A DNA stretch of 63,026 bases, filler included, from Globobulimina sp. (lineage: Eukaryota): assembly GCA_003354225.1 (NCBI GenBank). It is 27 parts of 27 records of this genome, joined end to end, with 100 filler letters (N's around TTAATTAATTAA, not from the genome) between each part and the next. Parts side by side here need not be neighbours in the genome. Positions count along the whole stretch, not along the records: positions 23,395 to 25,632 come from PIVH01007973.1; positions 25,733 to 27,970 come from PIVH01007974.1; positions 28,071 to 30,308 come from PIVH01007975.1; positions 30,409 to 32,646 come from PIVH01007976.1; positions 32,747 to 34,984 come from PIVH01007977.1; positions 35,085 to 37,322 come from PIVH01007978.1; 21 more parts are not named here. The stretch is one strand, 5' to 3'. The position numbers and the translations under genes are program-made. The notes beneath the pieces are model-generated. The model was not told the DNA's origin. It made no database searches and was given only the letters and a program-made list of their open reading frames with translations. Positions 24,369 to 37,057 of this stretch are shown here, in pieces (positions within the stretch are counted from its first letter, which is position 1; the number at the start of each line of letters is the position of its first letter).

Positions 24369-25574
24369 ATGAACATGGTGTTTGCAGTGCCAACTGTTGA
24401 TGAAAAACTAGCTACTAAGAATAAATCTAGATATAGCCTGTCAACAACAGTTTTATCATCAAAGTGCTTTCTTGAACATATTTTATCGTATATTCCAATA
24501 GAATCATTAATTTCATGTGCTTTTGTTAACAATGACTGGTATCTAATTATAAAATATATTGTTCCAATCTCTTTAATGAATTTAAAAACACTGATAATGG
24601 GAGAATTATTATATTGGTTACCAGGAGAAAATAAATTCCCTAAAACAGTGTTACTAAAATTAAAATTGTCCAGAGGAATGCCAAAATTTATTGAAATATC
24701 GACATCAATGAATAATAACAAGGATAATGGAGGCATAGTTAGCAGCTGTGGACATTATCAGATTCTAGAATTAAGTGAGATATTATTTGTGATTGACGGT
24801 CATTGGACACCGATATTTGAGCAGTTAAATAATCACAGTGTGCAGGATCAATTTGATATGGATGAATCAGAGTTTTTTCATCGAAGTAAATGTTTTAGCA
24901 TCGTTACAAATACTTATATGACTTATGATTTTATTTCATTTAATCAACAAACCAACAAATCAATTGTGAATACATTACGTTTAATATTATATCAAACACA
25001 TGAAATATGTTCAAAAATGGCTATTCATGCTAAAGCAAACAGAAAATATTTGGATGGAATGAATCAAACACCATTAATATTTAAGGATACTTTGGCTGCT
25101 CTAAATTTTGAAATGTTTGTATTAGTTAAGTAGTAACACGTATACATATTTCATTTTGTTTATACGCAAAATCGCATATACATTATGCAGATATTGCAAG
25201 ATTGTATCAATAAAATAAGCACAGAATTACAACTCAATGATATACATTCAATTATTACAACTCAAGCAAATTCATCATTGTTATACCCAATGATATTACA
25301 TGAAAACGTTATGTTTAGTGATTGGTATCCTTGGTGTCGATCCCATATTTTTCATACGTTAAAAGATTATGGATATATTAATCAAAATAAAAAAGTTCAA
25401 GTATTTAATAAGCCTTCAAAACATATCCGAAGAGAATCTTCATTATTTGGTCCGAAAGCATTTCCCATCGATCAAATGTGTGATTTATTTGCTGTTCCAA
25501 ATGTTGACGAAGAAGATGATGATGATAATAATCACAACTACAACTACATCGACTCAAACTGTCTTATTATGTAA
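24369..25574 (+). CDS. F-box-like protein, two exons (intron about 25125-25190)
   Basis: FLEHILSYIPIESLISCAFVNNDWY resembles an F-box; the second ORF follows a TGCAG acceptor. Confidence 0.55.
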
Positions 25575-25946
25575 CTTTGCTCAGTTGAAACAAGTGTGTA
25601 TGTGTGTGACTGTATGGTGTTTGCTTTTTTTTNNNNNNNNNNNNNNNNNNNNNNNNNNNNNNNNNNNNNNNNNNNNTTAATTAATTAANNNNNNNNNNNN
25701 NNNNNNNNNNNNNNNNNNNNNNNNNNNNNNNNGCAGTTTCTGTCTATTTGTATCATATATAATATGTTAAATATGTTAAATATTTTTTTAAAGATTTTAT
25801 GCTGTGTGTATTCAATTTAACAACTAATTATTTTATTTTTTCTTGTTTGCTTTTAATTGATGTTGTTGTATTTTTTAGTTTTATGCGTGTACCAAATACT
25901 TACACAGTGTATTAAAAAAGGTGTTTAGTATTACTAATGTCTAGTA

Positions 25947-27923
25947 ATGTCTTACAAAAAGAAAAGTAGTTTCATCAACATTCCTTCGCCCAATAATAAT
26001 AATACAACCATGATAACAACCACCACCACAACCACATACGACACCAAACGACGCGAAGACACCTTATGCAAATTCATCCGCGAATACATCTTCAAAGTCT
26101 CGCAAATAGTGGTGTCTGCGCGTCGCGTCTGCAACAGCAATCGCGATGAAAACGAATGGAATGACTTAAATGCCCCATACTCCCAATGGTTCCGCATCGA
26201 AATGACCGATTCATTGAAAATCCAACAATACATTGAATCCGAATGTATCGGCAATTGGGACGCTCGCCATTCCAATTTCGAGTTAACAATCGACATTTCA
26301 CTGTCCGCAGAGCCCTTAAACGAACACGTTTTGTTGGAAAGATGGAAAATAAAATTTAAACGCGAACACATCAACGTAAACAAAAATGAATTGTCACCTT
26401 CCTTGATATACAAACGGATGAGCATCCAAATAAGATCCATATTATGCTATTTACGGCTGCTCCCAACCCATTCCATTGTGCAATCATGGGAACAATCCAT
26501 GGCACAGCAATCCATTTTAGTTAACAACAACATAAATAACATTAATAAATTAAATATTTACGGCAGTATTAACGACGACAATGTGCAGCAAAACAATAAC
26601 ATCGATATCACGCCCTTCGCATTGTATCATTTGATATATTCGCATCATAACAAACAGAATGAAAACTTTGCGGGAATGTCCAAATCCTTTTCCTTCGAGA
26701 AGTTGATCACCAAATTTGGTACAATCAGAACCACAGTGTTTTACGCAGCGAATATCAGGAAAGACTTTGAATGGTTAATTCGCTCCGTTCCAGGTCTGGA
26801 AACACATGTTTTTTTTTTCAGTTTCAAACTGAAAATCGAAAATTAAAATGTTATGTTGTTTGAAAAATGAGACGCAGTTTGAAAAAAACAATATTTTGCA
26901 GTTAATTTCAAACTGAAAAAATAAACAAATCATCGTGTATATGACCAAAGCACTGTGAAATGACAAATAGGTAAAAACCCGCCGTTGGTGAATGATAATT
27001 TGACGCGACATATTGACTCAAGGTCTCGTTATTGGGATAAGAAGGAATATAAAGAAGAGAGCAAGCATATAAACGCAAATCCGAACCCAGACACAAACAC
27101 AAATCGCATGAAAGCGTCGCCCAACTTTGAATTAGTAAATGGTTCGCCGGAACAGTTTGGCATCAACGCGTTGGAATTGGACGCCCAATTTGGCGGATCC
27201 TCGCCACCCATTAAAGCGTTGTCGCGCGAGACCAATTTCCATGAGTCTCCATTGTTAAATCCGTCGACACCAACTCCTAAATTGGACCCTATCAAAGAGA
27301 TGGAAGATATTCGACGCTCCATATTTGGCGTAAATGTGGCCAATGCGCCGGTTTTATGCATCGCCGATGTCTCGCACTGTGCCAATATACATTCGCGCGA
27401 TGTGAATGGAATGAGCAATATGACGGACTCGCAATTAATTAATAGCATTGTGAAGGAGACGCAAATCATTTCCACGAGGACTATCATGAAAACATTGAAG
27501 GATATCGATGATAATAATGGTGCTGTGCCGGATGGCGATATATTTGATGATATTGAGACAAATACGAATGATTCATCGGTGATTTCGAGTGATATGAATT
27601 GTGAGACGGATCATGATGATATTCAGGAGGAAATATTTAAAGGATATAATGACAATAATATGGAGGAAATGGATGATAATATTCAACAAATCAGTGATTT
27701 TATTAATTTATGTACAAATGCGGAGAAGTTGGAATTGAAATCGTTTAAGAATATGGATCATTTGTTGCGGAATCAGGAGATGTTGGAGGATGAGGATGGC
27801 GATGAAAGTAAAAAGTATTTTAATTTGTTATCAAAGCATTTTGAAATAAGGCAACAAAAATTAATTAAACTCAAAAAAACCTCCGCAAATGTCTTGGAAA
27901 ACTCGATAATAAGGAAACAGTGA
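25947..27923 (+). CDS. ATG13: Autophagy protein ATG13 (HORMA domain plus disordered tail); intron 26794-26970
   Basis: KVSQIVVSAR, WFRIE, VLLERW, IYKRMSIQIRSILCYLRLLP; the intron restores frame (PG|KNPPL). Confidence 0.85.
26807..26927. repeat. Imperfect foldback inside the ATG13 intron
   Basis: TGT(T)nCAGTTT at left vs AAACTGAAAAAATAAACA at right; the right arm also matches TTTTCAGTTTGAAATT at 14055-14070. Confidence 0.55.
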
Positions 27924-28070
27924 TTATTGTTGATTTGTGTTTTATGTCTTTGGTTTCGATTGTCGTTTTGNNNNNNNNNNNNNNNNNNNNNNNNNNNNNN
28001 NNNNNNNNNNNNNNTTAATTAATTAANNNNNNNNNNNNNNNNNNNNNNNNNNNNNNNNNNNNNNNNNNNN

Positions 28071-28189
28071 ATACCACTGCTGATACAATCTGCGCAAAAA
28101 ATCTTTTCGGTTCTGCTTCATCATAAAACCCACGAATACCGTTATGCGAAGCGACCACATCGTATAAACATTTGTTTCCTTGTTCCATT
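28071..28189. repeat. 119-bp terminal direct repeat, identical to 30190-30308; contig closes into a 2119-bp circle or tandem unit
   Basis: Base-for-base identity of both contig ends; the kinase reading frame runs through the overlap. Confidence 0.95.
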
Positions 28190-28253
28190 CGTATAAACAA
28201 TCCATAACACAACAATAATATATGTTAAATAGTCAGAAATATTCGTTTTTAAA

Positions 28254-28798
28254 TTATCCATTGATGTGTATGATGACACAAGTATTGAGAGACGCAAAAA
28301 AACAGGGAATCCAAACATATGAGAATAACAAGCAATTGCTACCATATGTTATCTCATCATTTGTATCAGATTTGAAATTCTTTCGTTGGACATATTTAAC
28401 CACAAAATAATCAATAATGGTGATACAGGAAAGGAGTGATCCACAGAGTATGTATGCACTGCCACTCAAATATTCTCGCAATTCATTAATTGTAATATCA
28501 ACATTTTCATGATTACCAAAAACGACCACAATCATAATTCCAATTATCATCACGCCAATTGCGATTATATTCTTTTTGGATAACTCTTCTTTTAATATAC
28601 ACCGTCATAATACAGCAATAATGGCCAATTGAAGAGCGCCTAGTGGTGATATAATAGATTGAGCTGCAAAACTGAGCGCCATGCCAGCCATCACATCGCC
28701 AATGCTGTAAATAATAATCCCAAGCCATCGCCAATAAAGCCAAAGGATTGTATTATATCACCACCTACGCTCAATCCTACACCAATTACAGTGTTCAT
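28254..28798 (-). pseudogene. NIPA-type Mg2+ transporter pseudogene fragment
   Basis: MNTVIGVGLSVGGDIIQSFG, frameshift, then WLGIIIYSIGD..ALSFAAQSIISPLGALQL..VL*RCILKEEL; TGA at 28605-28607; 3'-truncated. Confidence 0.8.
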
Positions 28799-28866
28799 TG
28801 TCGTATCTCATTAGCATCTCAAAAAGCAGCATTGACTTTGGCTTTGTCTTTGTCGTAGTAGCAAGC

Positions 28867-28968
28867 GTCAGGGTTTTTTTTTAATCAAACTTTGACACAA
28901 AAAAGTACATCCTGTGCAAAACACAAAGGAACAAACAAAAAAAGAATAAAATTTTAAATCGGAACTAA
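28867..28968 (-). repeat. Hammerhead-associated repeat, copy 2, ending in truncated core CCCUGACG
   Basis: Co-linear with 2139-2240, with conserved TTGCACAGGAT (acceptor-like) and AAAAACC-YTGACR. Confidence 0.65.
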
Positions 28969-29549
28969 TAGAAAGATAGAAAAAATATAATGCAAATGAT
29001 AAAAAGATAAATGCAGAAAAACCTAAATAATAACAAATGCAAAATAAACAGAAGAACCAATCAAGAAATAATACATAATAATAAACCAAGGCATATAAAT
29101 AGATTCTTGGATATAAGTCATTTGATAAAACAAAACAAAATAAGAAAAAATCAGAACAAAAATTCACCCAGAAATAAGTAGTAATATTTATATGGATAAA
29201 AAAAGAAAAGAAAAATAATATAAAAATAAAAACTAAGATTATAAATCAATGAAGGATAGGTAGGTAAAAAAATAAAATTTTATATATATTGATAAATAAT
29301 AAAAGTGGTACAAAACTAAATAAAACCAGGTGAATATAAGTAAAAGCAATGGGATCATATACTTTATATAACAAAAGAAACAAAAAAATCAAAATTTGAA
29401 GTCGAAAACAAACAAAGTAATAAAAAGAAAAGAAAACAAAATAAAATGGAATTACAATACGAGGGAAATACTAAAAGATAAAAATATATGGTATAAAAAT
29501 ATAATACGCGTACGTATCCGTATTAGTTCCTGTCATTTAAAATGTTATT

Positions 29550-30308
29550 TTAATTTGATTTCATTTCTTCATCGGACTCTGATAGATCCATATTCATAAA
29601 ATCCGTAAAAAATTGATCATTCACACCATCATCCTCCTCATCATCCTCCTCATCATCCTCCTCATCGTCATCAACATCATTATATGCAACAATATTATCC
29701 CACTCTATGGATGTAAAAAATGGATGTTGTTTAATATCACCAATTCCTATCCTTTCATTAGCATTTGCTGTTAACATTTTTGATAATAAATCAGTTAATA
29801 TACATTTTTCAGCAAAATAATATCCCGACGGAATGCACAATTCATTATAATTATTTTTAAAAACTGGTTTTGCTTCAAAATACATTTCATGCGCTACAAC
29901 TCCCATTGAATAAATATCACATTCTTTACCATAACCATCCGCACAATTTTTCACTTCCGGGGCCATATAATGCGGTGTACCTTCAACTCCTGTCATACAA
30001 TTGCAACTTAACTCTTTTCCTGACCCCACATAAAATGACACGCCAAAATCGCCAATTTTGACACAGTTATCACATAATAAAATATTTTCTGGTTTGATAT
30101 CACGGTGAACAATTCCACTCCGATGCAAATATTCCTGTATATGTTTTATTTTTTGTTTCCATAGTTTCTGACATTGACAACAAACAAACATACCACTGCT
30201 GATACAATCTGCGCAAAAAATCTTTTCGGTTCTGCTTCATCATAAAACCCACGAATACCGTTATGCGAAGCGACCACATCGTATAAACATTTGTTTCCTT
30301 GTTCCATT
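29550..30308 (-). CDS. Ser/Thr protein kinase, C-lobe only; intron 30135-30193; continues across the circular junction to about 28205
   Basis: FAQIVSAV|EYLH..HRDIKPEN, DFG, GTPHYMAPE, DIYSMG, HPFF; no Gly-rich loop or VAIK seen on the contig. Confidence 0.85.
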
Positions 30309-30685
30309 NNNNNNNNNNNNNNNNNNNNNNNNNNNNNNNNNNNNNNNNNNNNTTAATTAATTAANNNNNNNNNNNNNNNNNNNNNNNNNNNNNNNNNNNN
30401 NNNNNNNNATAAGTCCGAGACCCAACAAAGATGCAAAGGAAAACAAATCAAAACCATACAAATCCTAAAAAGGAAAAACACAAAATATCAAAAAACCAAA
30501 TTAAAGGAAACAAAAACTGTTTTCTAAAAAATAAATAAATAAATAAACTTACTTCAGTTACTAAGTCACTGTAAACAAACAAAAAAAAACAAGGGCGTAG
30601 GGACAGAAGCACAAAGGGCATAATTTATACATTCATCAATCACACGTAAGGTCATAAAATAAATTCAATAGACAGAAACACACAT

Positions 30686-32646
30686 TCATTGCAGTCGTCC
30701 AGTAGCCACTACAAAGGTAACTACTGATTGAAGGACCAATTTACGATGACACCAACGCATATCTATTGGTGGGAATAATAATGTCTTCAACTCAATATCC
30801 CATCCGCAATTACGGTAATAGTGCGAGATTTTAATCATCAAAGCTTCACGTAATGCCATATAATTCGGACAATATAATACCAAATGATCAGTATCTTCAA
30901 TCGCGCCGCATCGACATCTTCCACTATTATTTGATCTGCAACACTCTGAATCACATTGCAAATATTCTATGTGCCCTTTGTTGCGTTCGTTCTCTATATC
31001 ATAGTATGCGCGATGGTGACGAATGTGATGATACAAATTCAGGTTAATATGTCCAGAACGTAACTGCACTAAGATGCTAGCTACTTTTTGTGTTAATTGG
31101 AGCTCGCGAAACGCATCAAAGTGTTTTGTAAGATATCGGCGCCATTGATAAATATTACGGGATAATAAGTGATTATCTTTTATTGTATGTATATCTTTCA
31201 ATTTTTGTGTGCGAGAAATATGTGTTTGCGCCATTCTTTTTGCCACCTTTTCAGACATTGGTAACTTCTTAAAATGATGGACATTATCAGTGTGTGGCAA
31301 CATCGCTGCTCGCTTTGCCAGAATATCAGCAATACGAATACCATGATTTGTATCGCGACGACATTTCTGGAAACGAGTTATGATTTGGTAATTTGTATAG
31401 ATATCATTAACATAATTATGGATTTGTTGTACATATTTAATCACAGTATAATCAAAACTCATTTGTAAATTAGTGATCCATAACAAAGCATTAATGTTAT
31501 CGGAGACAATCAAAATATATCGTAATGAGCACAGGAAAGCAACCGGTAACTGGGAAATCGCCCGAATTTCATTGAGTATACCTATCAATTCAACAATGTT
31601 AATATCTGACGCAAAGCCAATAGATAACAAATCCTGTTTAATGCATACAATTCGATATTGCAATGAATCACATGTGACGTAGGAATAAACATCAATGTCA
31701 CTCCCAGAGTAATCCACAAATGGTATACAAACATGTTTTTGCATATTATTAATTTCATGAATTTCAAACATAAAACCGATGCCTGCGAAACGATCAATAA
31801 TTGAGCCGGCTGAGAATGCATAAATTGTTTCATGCGAATGGTTATTTGTCAAGCTTTCATGATACAGACCATCCACAAATTGAATATGATCATTTTTATT
31901 AATAGATGACGGAATGTATTTTATTTTACGGCCATGTTGATTGATATCAGACCGCCAATTATAATTAATTAACGACAATATATTATGTTCTTTTGCCAAC
32001 ATAAATATCCGGAATAACGGGTTTCGACGATCATAAGTCCGCATATATTGCAATTTGGGTTTCTGCGTCTTGACATTTATAGGTGTCAACAAATAATCAT
32101 TCCAAAAGGGCATCCACTGCGTTGTGATCAATGTATGCAATATATTTCGATCATGGATATATAACAAACTAATCCAATGGCGCACCAATTTGATTACTAC
32201 ATAAATCTCGTAATGTACAAACGGTGTAAGAATAACAAGGATATCCAATGGCATTGTATCTAAAGCGCCATATAACAATTTTATTACTCGATAATACATA
32301 CTGCGTAACGGTTTGGTATCATTTTTGTTGGTAGAAATGGATAATAACAAGACAGGATATTCAATTTTTGATAATAGGATCGATTGAAAATAATGGAACA
32401 GTTTCTTAATACGGAGATATCCGAAATAATGACGTATGTTTTTCAAATCTCTATAATCCATAAATATCTTCTGCACAATGTAATTAATGTGTGTTTTTGG
32501 TGACAAATTATAGGTTAAATAGAATCCAACATATTTGACAAAGGATTCAGGTTTACATCGTACAATGTCATTGATTGCGAGCTGAGGGATGGGAATATCA
32601 TATTTCTTCTTCATATTATTTGTATAAAATATAATATACTTTGTTT
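30686..32646 (-). mobile_element. Non-LTR retrotransposon ORF2, 3' part: end of RT, RNase H-like domain, CCHC finger
   Basis: KYVGFYL..L...THINYI (post-RT YLG block), VEL.GI / VSDN / IADILAK, QLRSGH..LN and CRCG..EDTDHLVLYC; T-rich 3' UTR. Confidence 0.85.
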
Positions 32647-32976
32647 NNNNNNNNNNNNNNNNNNNNNNNNNNNNNNNNNNNNNNNNNNNNTTAATTAATT
32701 AANNNNNNNNNNNNNNNNNNNNNNNNNNNNNNNNNNNNNNNNNNNNTTTCATTTGAGAATAATGAAGGAAAAAAAATTAAAACCGTTCATAGGGGCATCA
32801 ATCACATTGATCCACCAATTGGTCTTGTTGTAGAACGTTTCAAGTAATATAAAATCACAAACCAATCCAATCTTGTATTTTTGTATTATATTTTAATAAA
32901 CCTAGGTGTGTCAGAGACCCTTGAACCCGTTGAGAAGAAGGTGCGGTAGCGGGGCCGCCGCACAACCCCCTCACCA

Positions 32977-33042
32977 GAATAATTCCATGAAAAATGAGAA
33001 TAATCCATGAAAATGAAAATAATCCATGAAAAATGAGAATAA
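32977..33042 (+). repeat. Tandem repeat, about three copies of GAATAATCCATGAAAAATGA
   Basis: Directly visible unit of about 20 bp. Confidence 0.85.
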
Positions 33043-33163
33043 CGTAAATTTTTACTTTAACAGAAATTACTGCAATATAAATGTCAGGATCAATATACAG
33101 TAATGTTTCCGATAAGATATACGCATATTAGTACTCATATACATATTCATATGGTGGACCTGT

Positions 33164-33220
33164 CAAGGAATCATATATGCTCATATATATATTATATATA
33201 TGAGCATACATGATTCCTTG
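33164..33220. repeat. Near-perfect palindrome, arms of about 26 bp
   Basis: CAAGGAATCATATATGCTCATATATA ... TATATATGAGCATACATGATTCCTTG, one mismatch. Confidence 0.9.
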
Positions 33221-34863
33221 CTACATCCATTTGGTTTCTAATCCATTCAAACCAATGCTAGGTGACCATTTTTCTTCTTTGTATGTTTCATAAATCCATT
33301 CCACGTCTTCCATATCAATATCCATTGCTTTTTATTTAATTAATTTATTTTATTTTCTGCGTTAAAAAATTAACAACAAAAATCACTTTGCTGAACTGGA
33401 TATATTATCCGCAAACGGACATATTATCCGCTTTGCGTGTCCACACTAATAAAAACTGTTCCATGAAACCATGACTTTGCACTTTGACTTTTCCACAAAT
33501 CTTGTTCCAGTAAACGCAATTGTTTTATCTCGAGTTGGATTGAAATGATCGCGATGTTGATTTAGCTCGCGCCAATTCGTTCACGCGATATGTTTATTAA
33601 TTGCCATAATTATATGGATTAGAAATGAGTTTGTAATTATCGTCGCGAATTGGGTTGAAAATGAGTTTGTAATTTCTGCGATTTGCCATCGCAAAATGAG
33701 TAATAAGGAGTTCACAAATGTGTCCGTGTCCTAATTGATTGTGATCGCACCAAATCAGGTTCCCATACATCCATTTAATTGGATTATTCATCAAAATTCA
33801 AAATAAGTTAAATTTATATATATATTTTTTCCTCTCTTTTCTTTTTATTTGTCTATGATATAATATATAATATACACAGATTATAAATTAATTCGTAGCG
33901 AGATCCGCAGCCATTAAGTAGTCGAACGATGAGAGTGCCACCAAATGCCGAGAACGCCACAGTTATCGAGATTGCCACAAATTGAGTTAAGAATTCTTTT
34001 TCTTTTTTTTTCCTTTTTTTTATATACTTTTTAATATATTTATTTTGTACATTTTTTATCATAGACAAATAATTAATTAATTAATTAATTTAGATTAAAT
34101 CCACGATGATCGTCGATGATGCCAAATCGTCGAAAATGCCACCATCGCCGTGGTCTAACCATCCATACCGCAAATCCGTCCATTTCCACCATCCACGTTT
34201 AAGTTGTTTGTGCTCCATTTGATTGTGTTGAATTGGGTTAGCTCTGAGTTACTCGGAACGCTCAGGGCTATTCAGGTGAAAAATCCTACGGTTCGGCAGA
34301 CTACGGTCACCTCCTTCCGTGCGACATAAATACCTCTAGATTGAGTGCCATAGTACACTATGTACATAGTACACTATGATAATTAAATTTTTGCACATAG
34401 TACACTATGATAATTTAACTAATCACAGCTCTTGGTAGTAGTTCTCATAGAAAAAAAAATAATTAAAGTTAGTACTCACCAAAAAAGCAACTAAATAATA
34501 CTCAGTGAAGTTTTGTGCGCATCAACACTTCTTATTACTTCACCAAGCTGCATCAAACAATCGAAATTGAATTATTTCAAACTGTATTGTATATTAAATA
34601 ATACGTAATAAATAATTACAAGCTTATTTTGCAAACAGAGCCATGTTTTGCAAACAAATTTTTCATTTCCCTACTCCTTCACTCAGTATACTAGTATTTT
34701 AACCATATTCAGTAATATCGAGACTGGGTAACGTGTTTCCAAAAACAAAGTTTTTCACGTCGAGGGGGGCGCGCCCTTGACAAAACTTAACAACTTTAAC
34801 AGGAATATAAAATTAAGGAAAATAATGGCTGATATATTTGACTTTTTAGGCTTAAACTTCTAA

Positions 34864-34984
34864 ACACTTCAGCCGTTTACAGAGGAGCAAGTTCGCAAAG
34901 AAAAATGGCGAAATGTCAAAGGTCATGGCAAGAAAGGCTATGCTCGGCTCGTTACAAATATGGGCAGTTTAAATTTCTTATTAG
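34864..34984 (+). CDS. PPIL2: Cyclophilin PPIL2/Cyp60-like internal fragment
   Basis: KKGYARLVTNMGSLNF matches the KKGY.RL.TN.G.LN start of the PPIL2 cyclophilin domain; upstream frame is closed by TAA at 34861. Confidence 0.65.
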
Positions 34985-35084
34985 NNNNNNNNNNNNNNNN
35001 NNNNNNNNNNNNNNNNNNNNNNNNNNNNTTAATTAATTAANNNNNNNNNNNNNNNNNNNNNNNNNNNNNNNNNNNNNNNNNNNN

Positions 35085-37057
35085 CTTTGGGTGGCCTGGT
35101 ATTGGCGGCACAAACGAGCAAAATGATGCTATTCCACTATTTGGGAAACTTCCCATTGGCGCACGACAGCGGCGCCTTTTCCTCCAATGCCTGCGATGAC
35201 TACAAAGGCACGCACGAAGGCAATGTATTTGTGTCGTATGACAACAATGTATTAATCACTGCCAATGATCGGATATTAGCCCATCAGGCTGGGCCTGAAC
35301 CCGGTGTCCGGCTGTTGTTACGCGACGAATCCGGCAAATTCGCGTGGAACTTCACGCCGTGTTCCATTCAGGCAAAGCCAATGCAGTCACATTCTTCTCA
35401 GAAAACGGTGTTGATATTACCCAAACAGATGCATTCCGACAAACAGCCATCGGATGCATTGAAAACAGCAAAATTGGATAAACGAAGACCGCCGGAGACC
35501 TCGCCTCCGCCGCCAGAGCATAAGAAGAGTGAGGAAGGCAAGAATGAAAGGGACCATTTTATCAACTCCTTCAATGCGGGTCTGAGTAATATCAAAGAGA
35601 AACATGCCAACATAGCCGACAAAGCGCACTTTGGGATGAAAGTAGGCAGTGACGGATTGAAACAAGTGTTGAATTATGTGACTCGTGAGTTAACTCCGCC
35701 GGTTTCGGGCGGGAATAAGCTGAAAAGTACCAACACGGATTTGAATAAAAACAGTGGGTCCTTTCCCAACGGGCATGTTTCCGAGAAAGCGCGCACCAAA
35801 TTGGCCAAATACATGGATGAGCAAAAGAAGGAAGAGTATGAATTGTATCTTTATTATGAGAAATTGCGGTCGCTTCGCATCGCCAAGTTGAAAAAATTGC
35901 AGTTTGAGTTGGCGAAGGAAGAGGAAAAGAAGGAAGACGGCGGTATAAAACATGCGTTGAATGACATGAAAATCCGCGAAGCGGTGACGGGCTTTGATTG
36001 CAGTCGCTTTTTGTTGGGACATTTTGGGATCTTGACGCCGGGCCACGTGCTGGGAGTAAAAGACAGCTTATTCAGCGATGTGAGTTGCGACGATATCTCC
36101 ATTGCGAAATACAACAATCGCACAAAAACGAAACCAATGTCGCCGCCTTTTACGCATAAACACATTTCAAAGCAGCAGACGATAAATACGCGGCATGCGT
36201 CCATGTCGCAGCCATCGATAAAACACAAAAACAGATTTGGTTATAGTCCGAAAAAAAGAAAGAGCGGGAAACAGTATCGGTTGGATCCGTATTTATATTC
36301 ATTGGACGAGAATTTATTGGCCATGTTCGGGAACAAAGATAATGCGTTCCATCGTCGTTTGCGATTATTGGATCAGAGTTCGTTTGAAAGCGAAAAACAC
36401 AAAATTGGCGTTGTGTATGTTGGGCCGGATCAGGACGAACAAAAACTAATGTTAGCGAATGAAGTGGGCAGTGTGGCGTATAAGCGATTCATTGATAAGC
36501 TGGGATGGCCCATTGACTTATTAAAACATCAGGGATTCAATGGGGCGATGAATGCGTGCACCACGGGGAGATATGCCAAATATTACAATACGGCGACGTA
36601 CGAGATGGCGTTCCATATTGCGACCATTATGCCGACCAATCACAATGACCCACAGCAAATGGAGAAGAAGAAACATATTGGCAATGATCAGGTGAATATT
36701 ATATACAGTGATCATGGCCGCGAATATATTGTCGATACCATTTATTCCTATTTCAATCAAGTGCAAATTGTCATTTATCCATTGAATAATGGCTTGTTTC
36801 GCATTAAAATACATAAAAAAAAAGAAGTTGCTGATTTTGGGCCGTTATTAAATAATATGATTATTCGACAGCATTTGTTGTCCATTCTAGTACGCATTAC
36901 GTCATTGTATGCAAATAGAACGGTGCGATATGCCACTTCCGTGTATACGCGACCCTTTGTGGAAAGGAAAAAATATTTGGATGAAACTACTGAGAAAAAT
37001 TCACATAAATCACATGAGTCTATGTTGGGTGCATTCTTCCCATATATGGCGAAATAA
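35085..37057 (+). CDS. Rap/Ran-GAP domain protein (RalGAP-alpha/tuberin-like), 5'-partial
   Basis: HKIGVVYV..Q, F...LGW, EMAFHIATIMP, KKKHIGNDQVNI, FGPL. Confidence 0.9.

Noticed and set aside
34069-34090. Natural (AATT)n run resembling the linker
   Set aside because: Not flanked by Ns; simple low-complexity repeat.
34777-34863. TTGACA, AAGGA and a short ATG ORF as a bacterial promoter and leader
   Set aside because: No -10 box at correct spacing and the ORF is only 12 codons; could be chance or another chimera.
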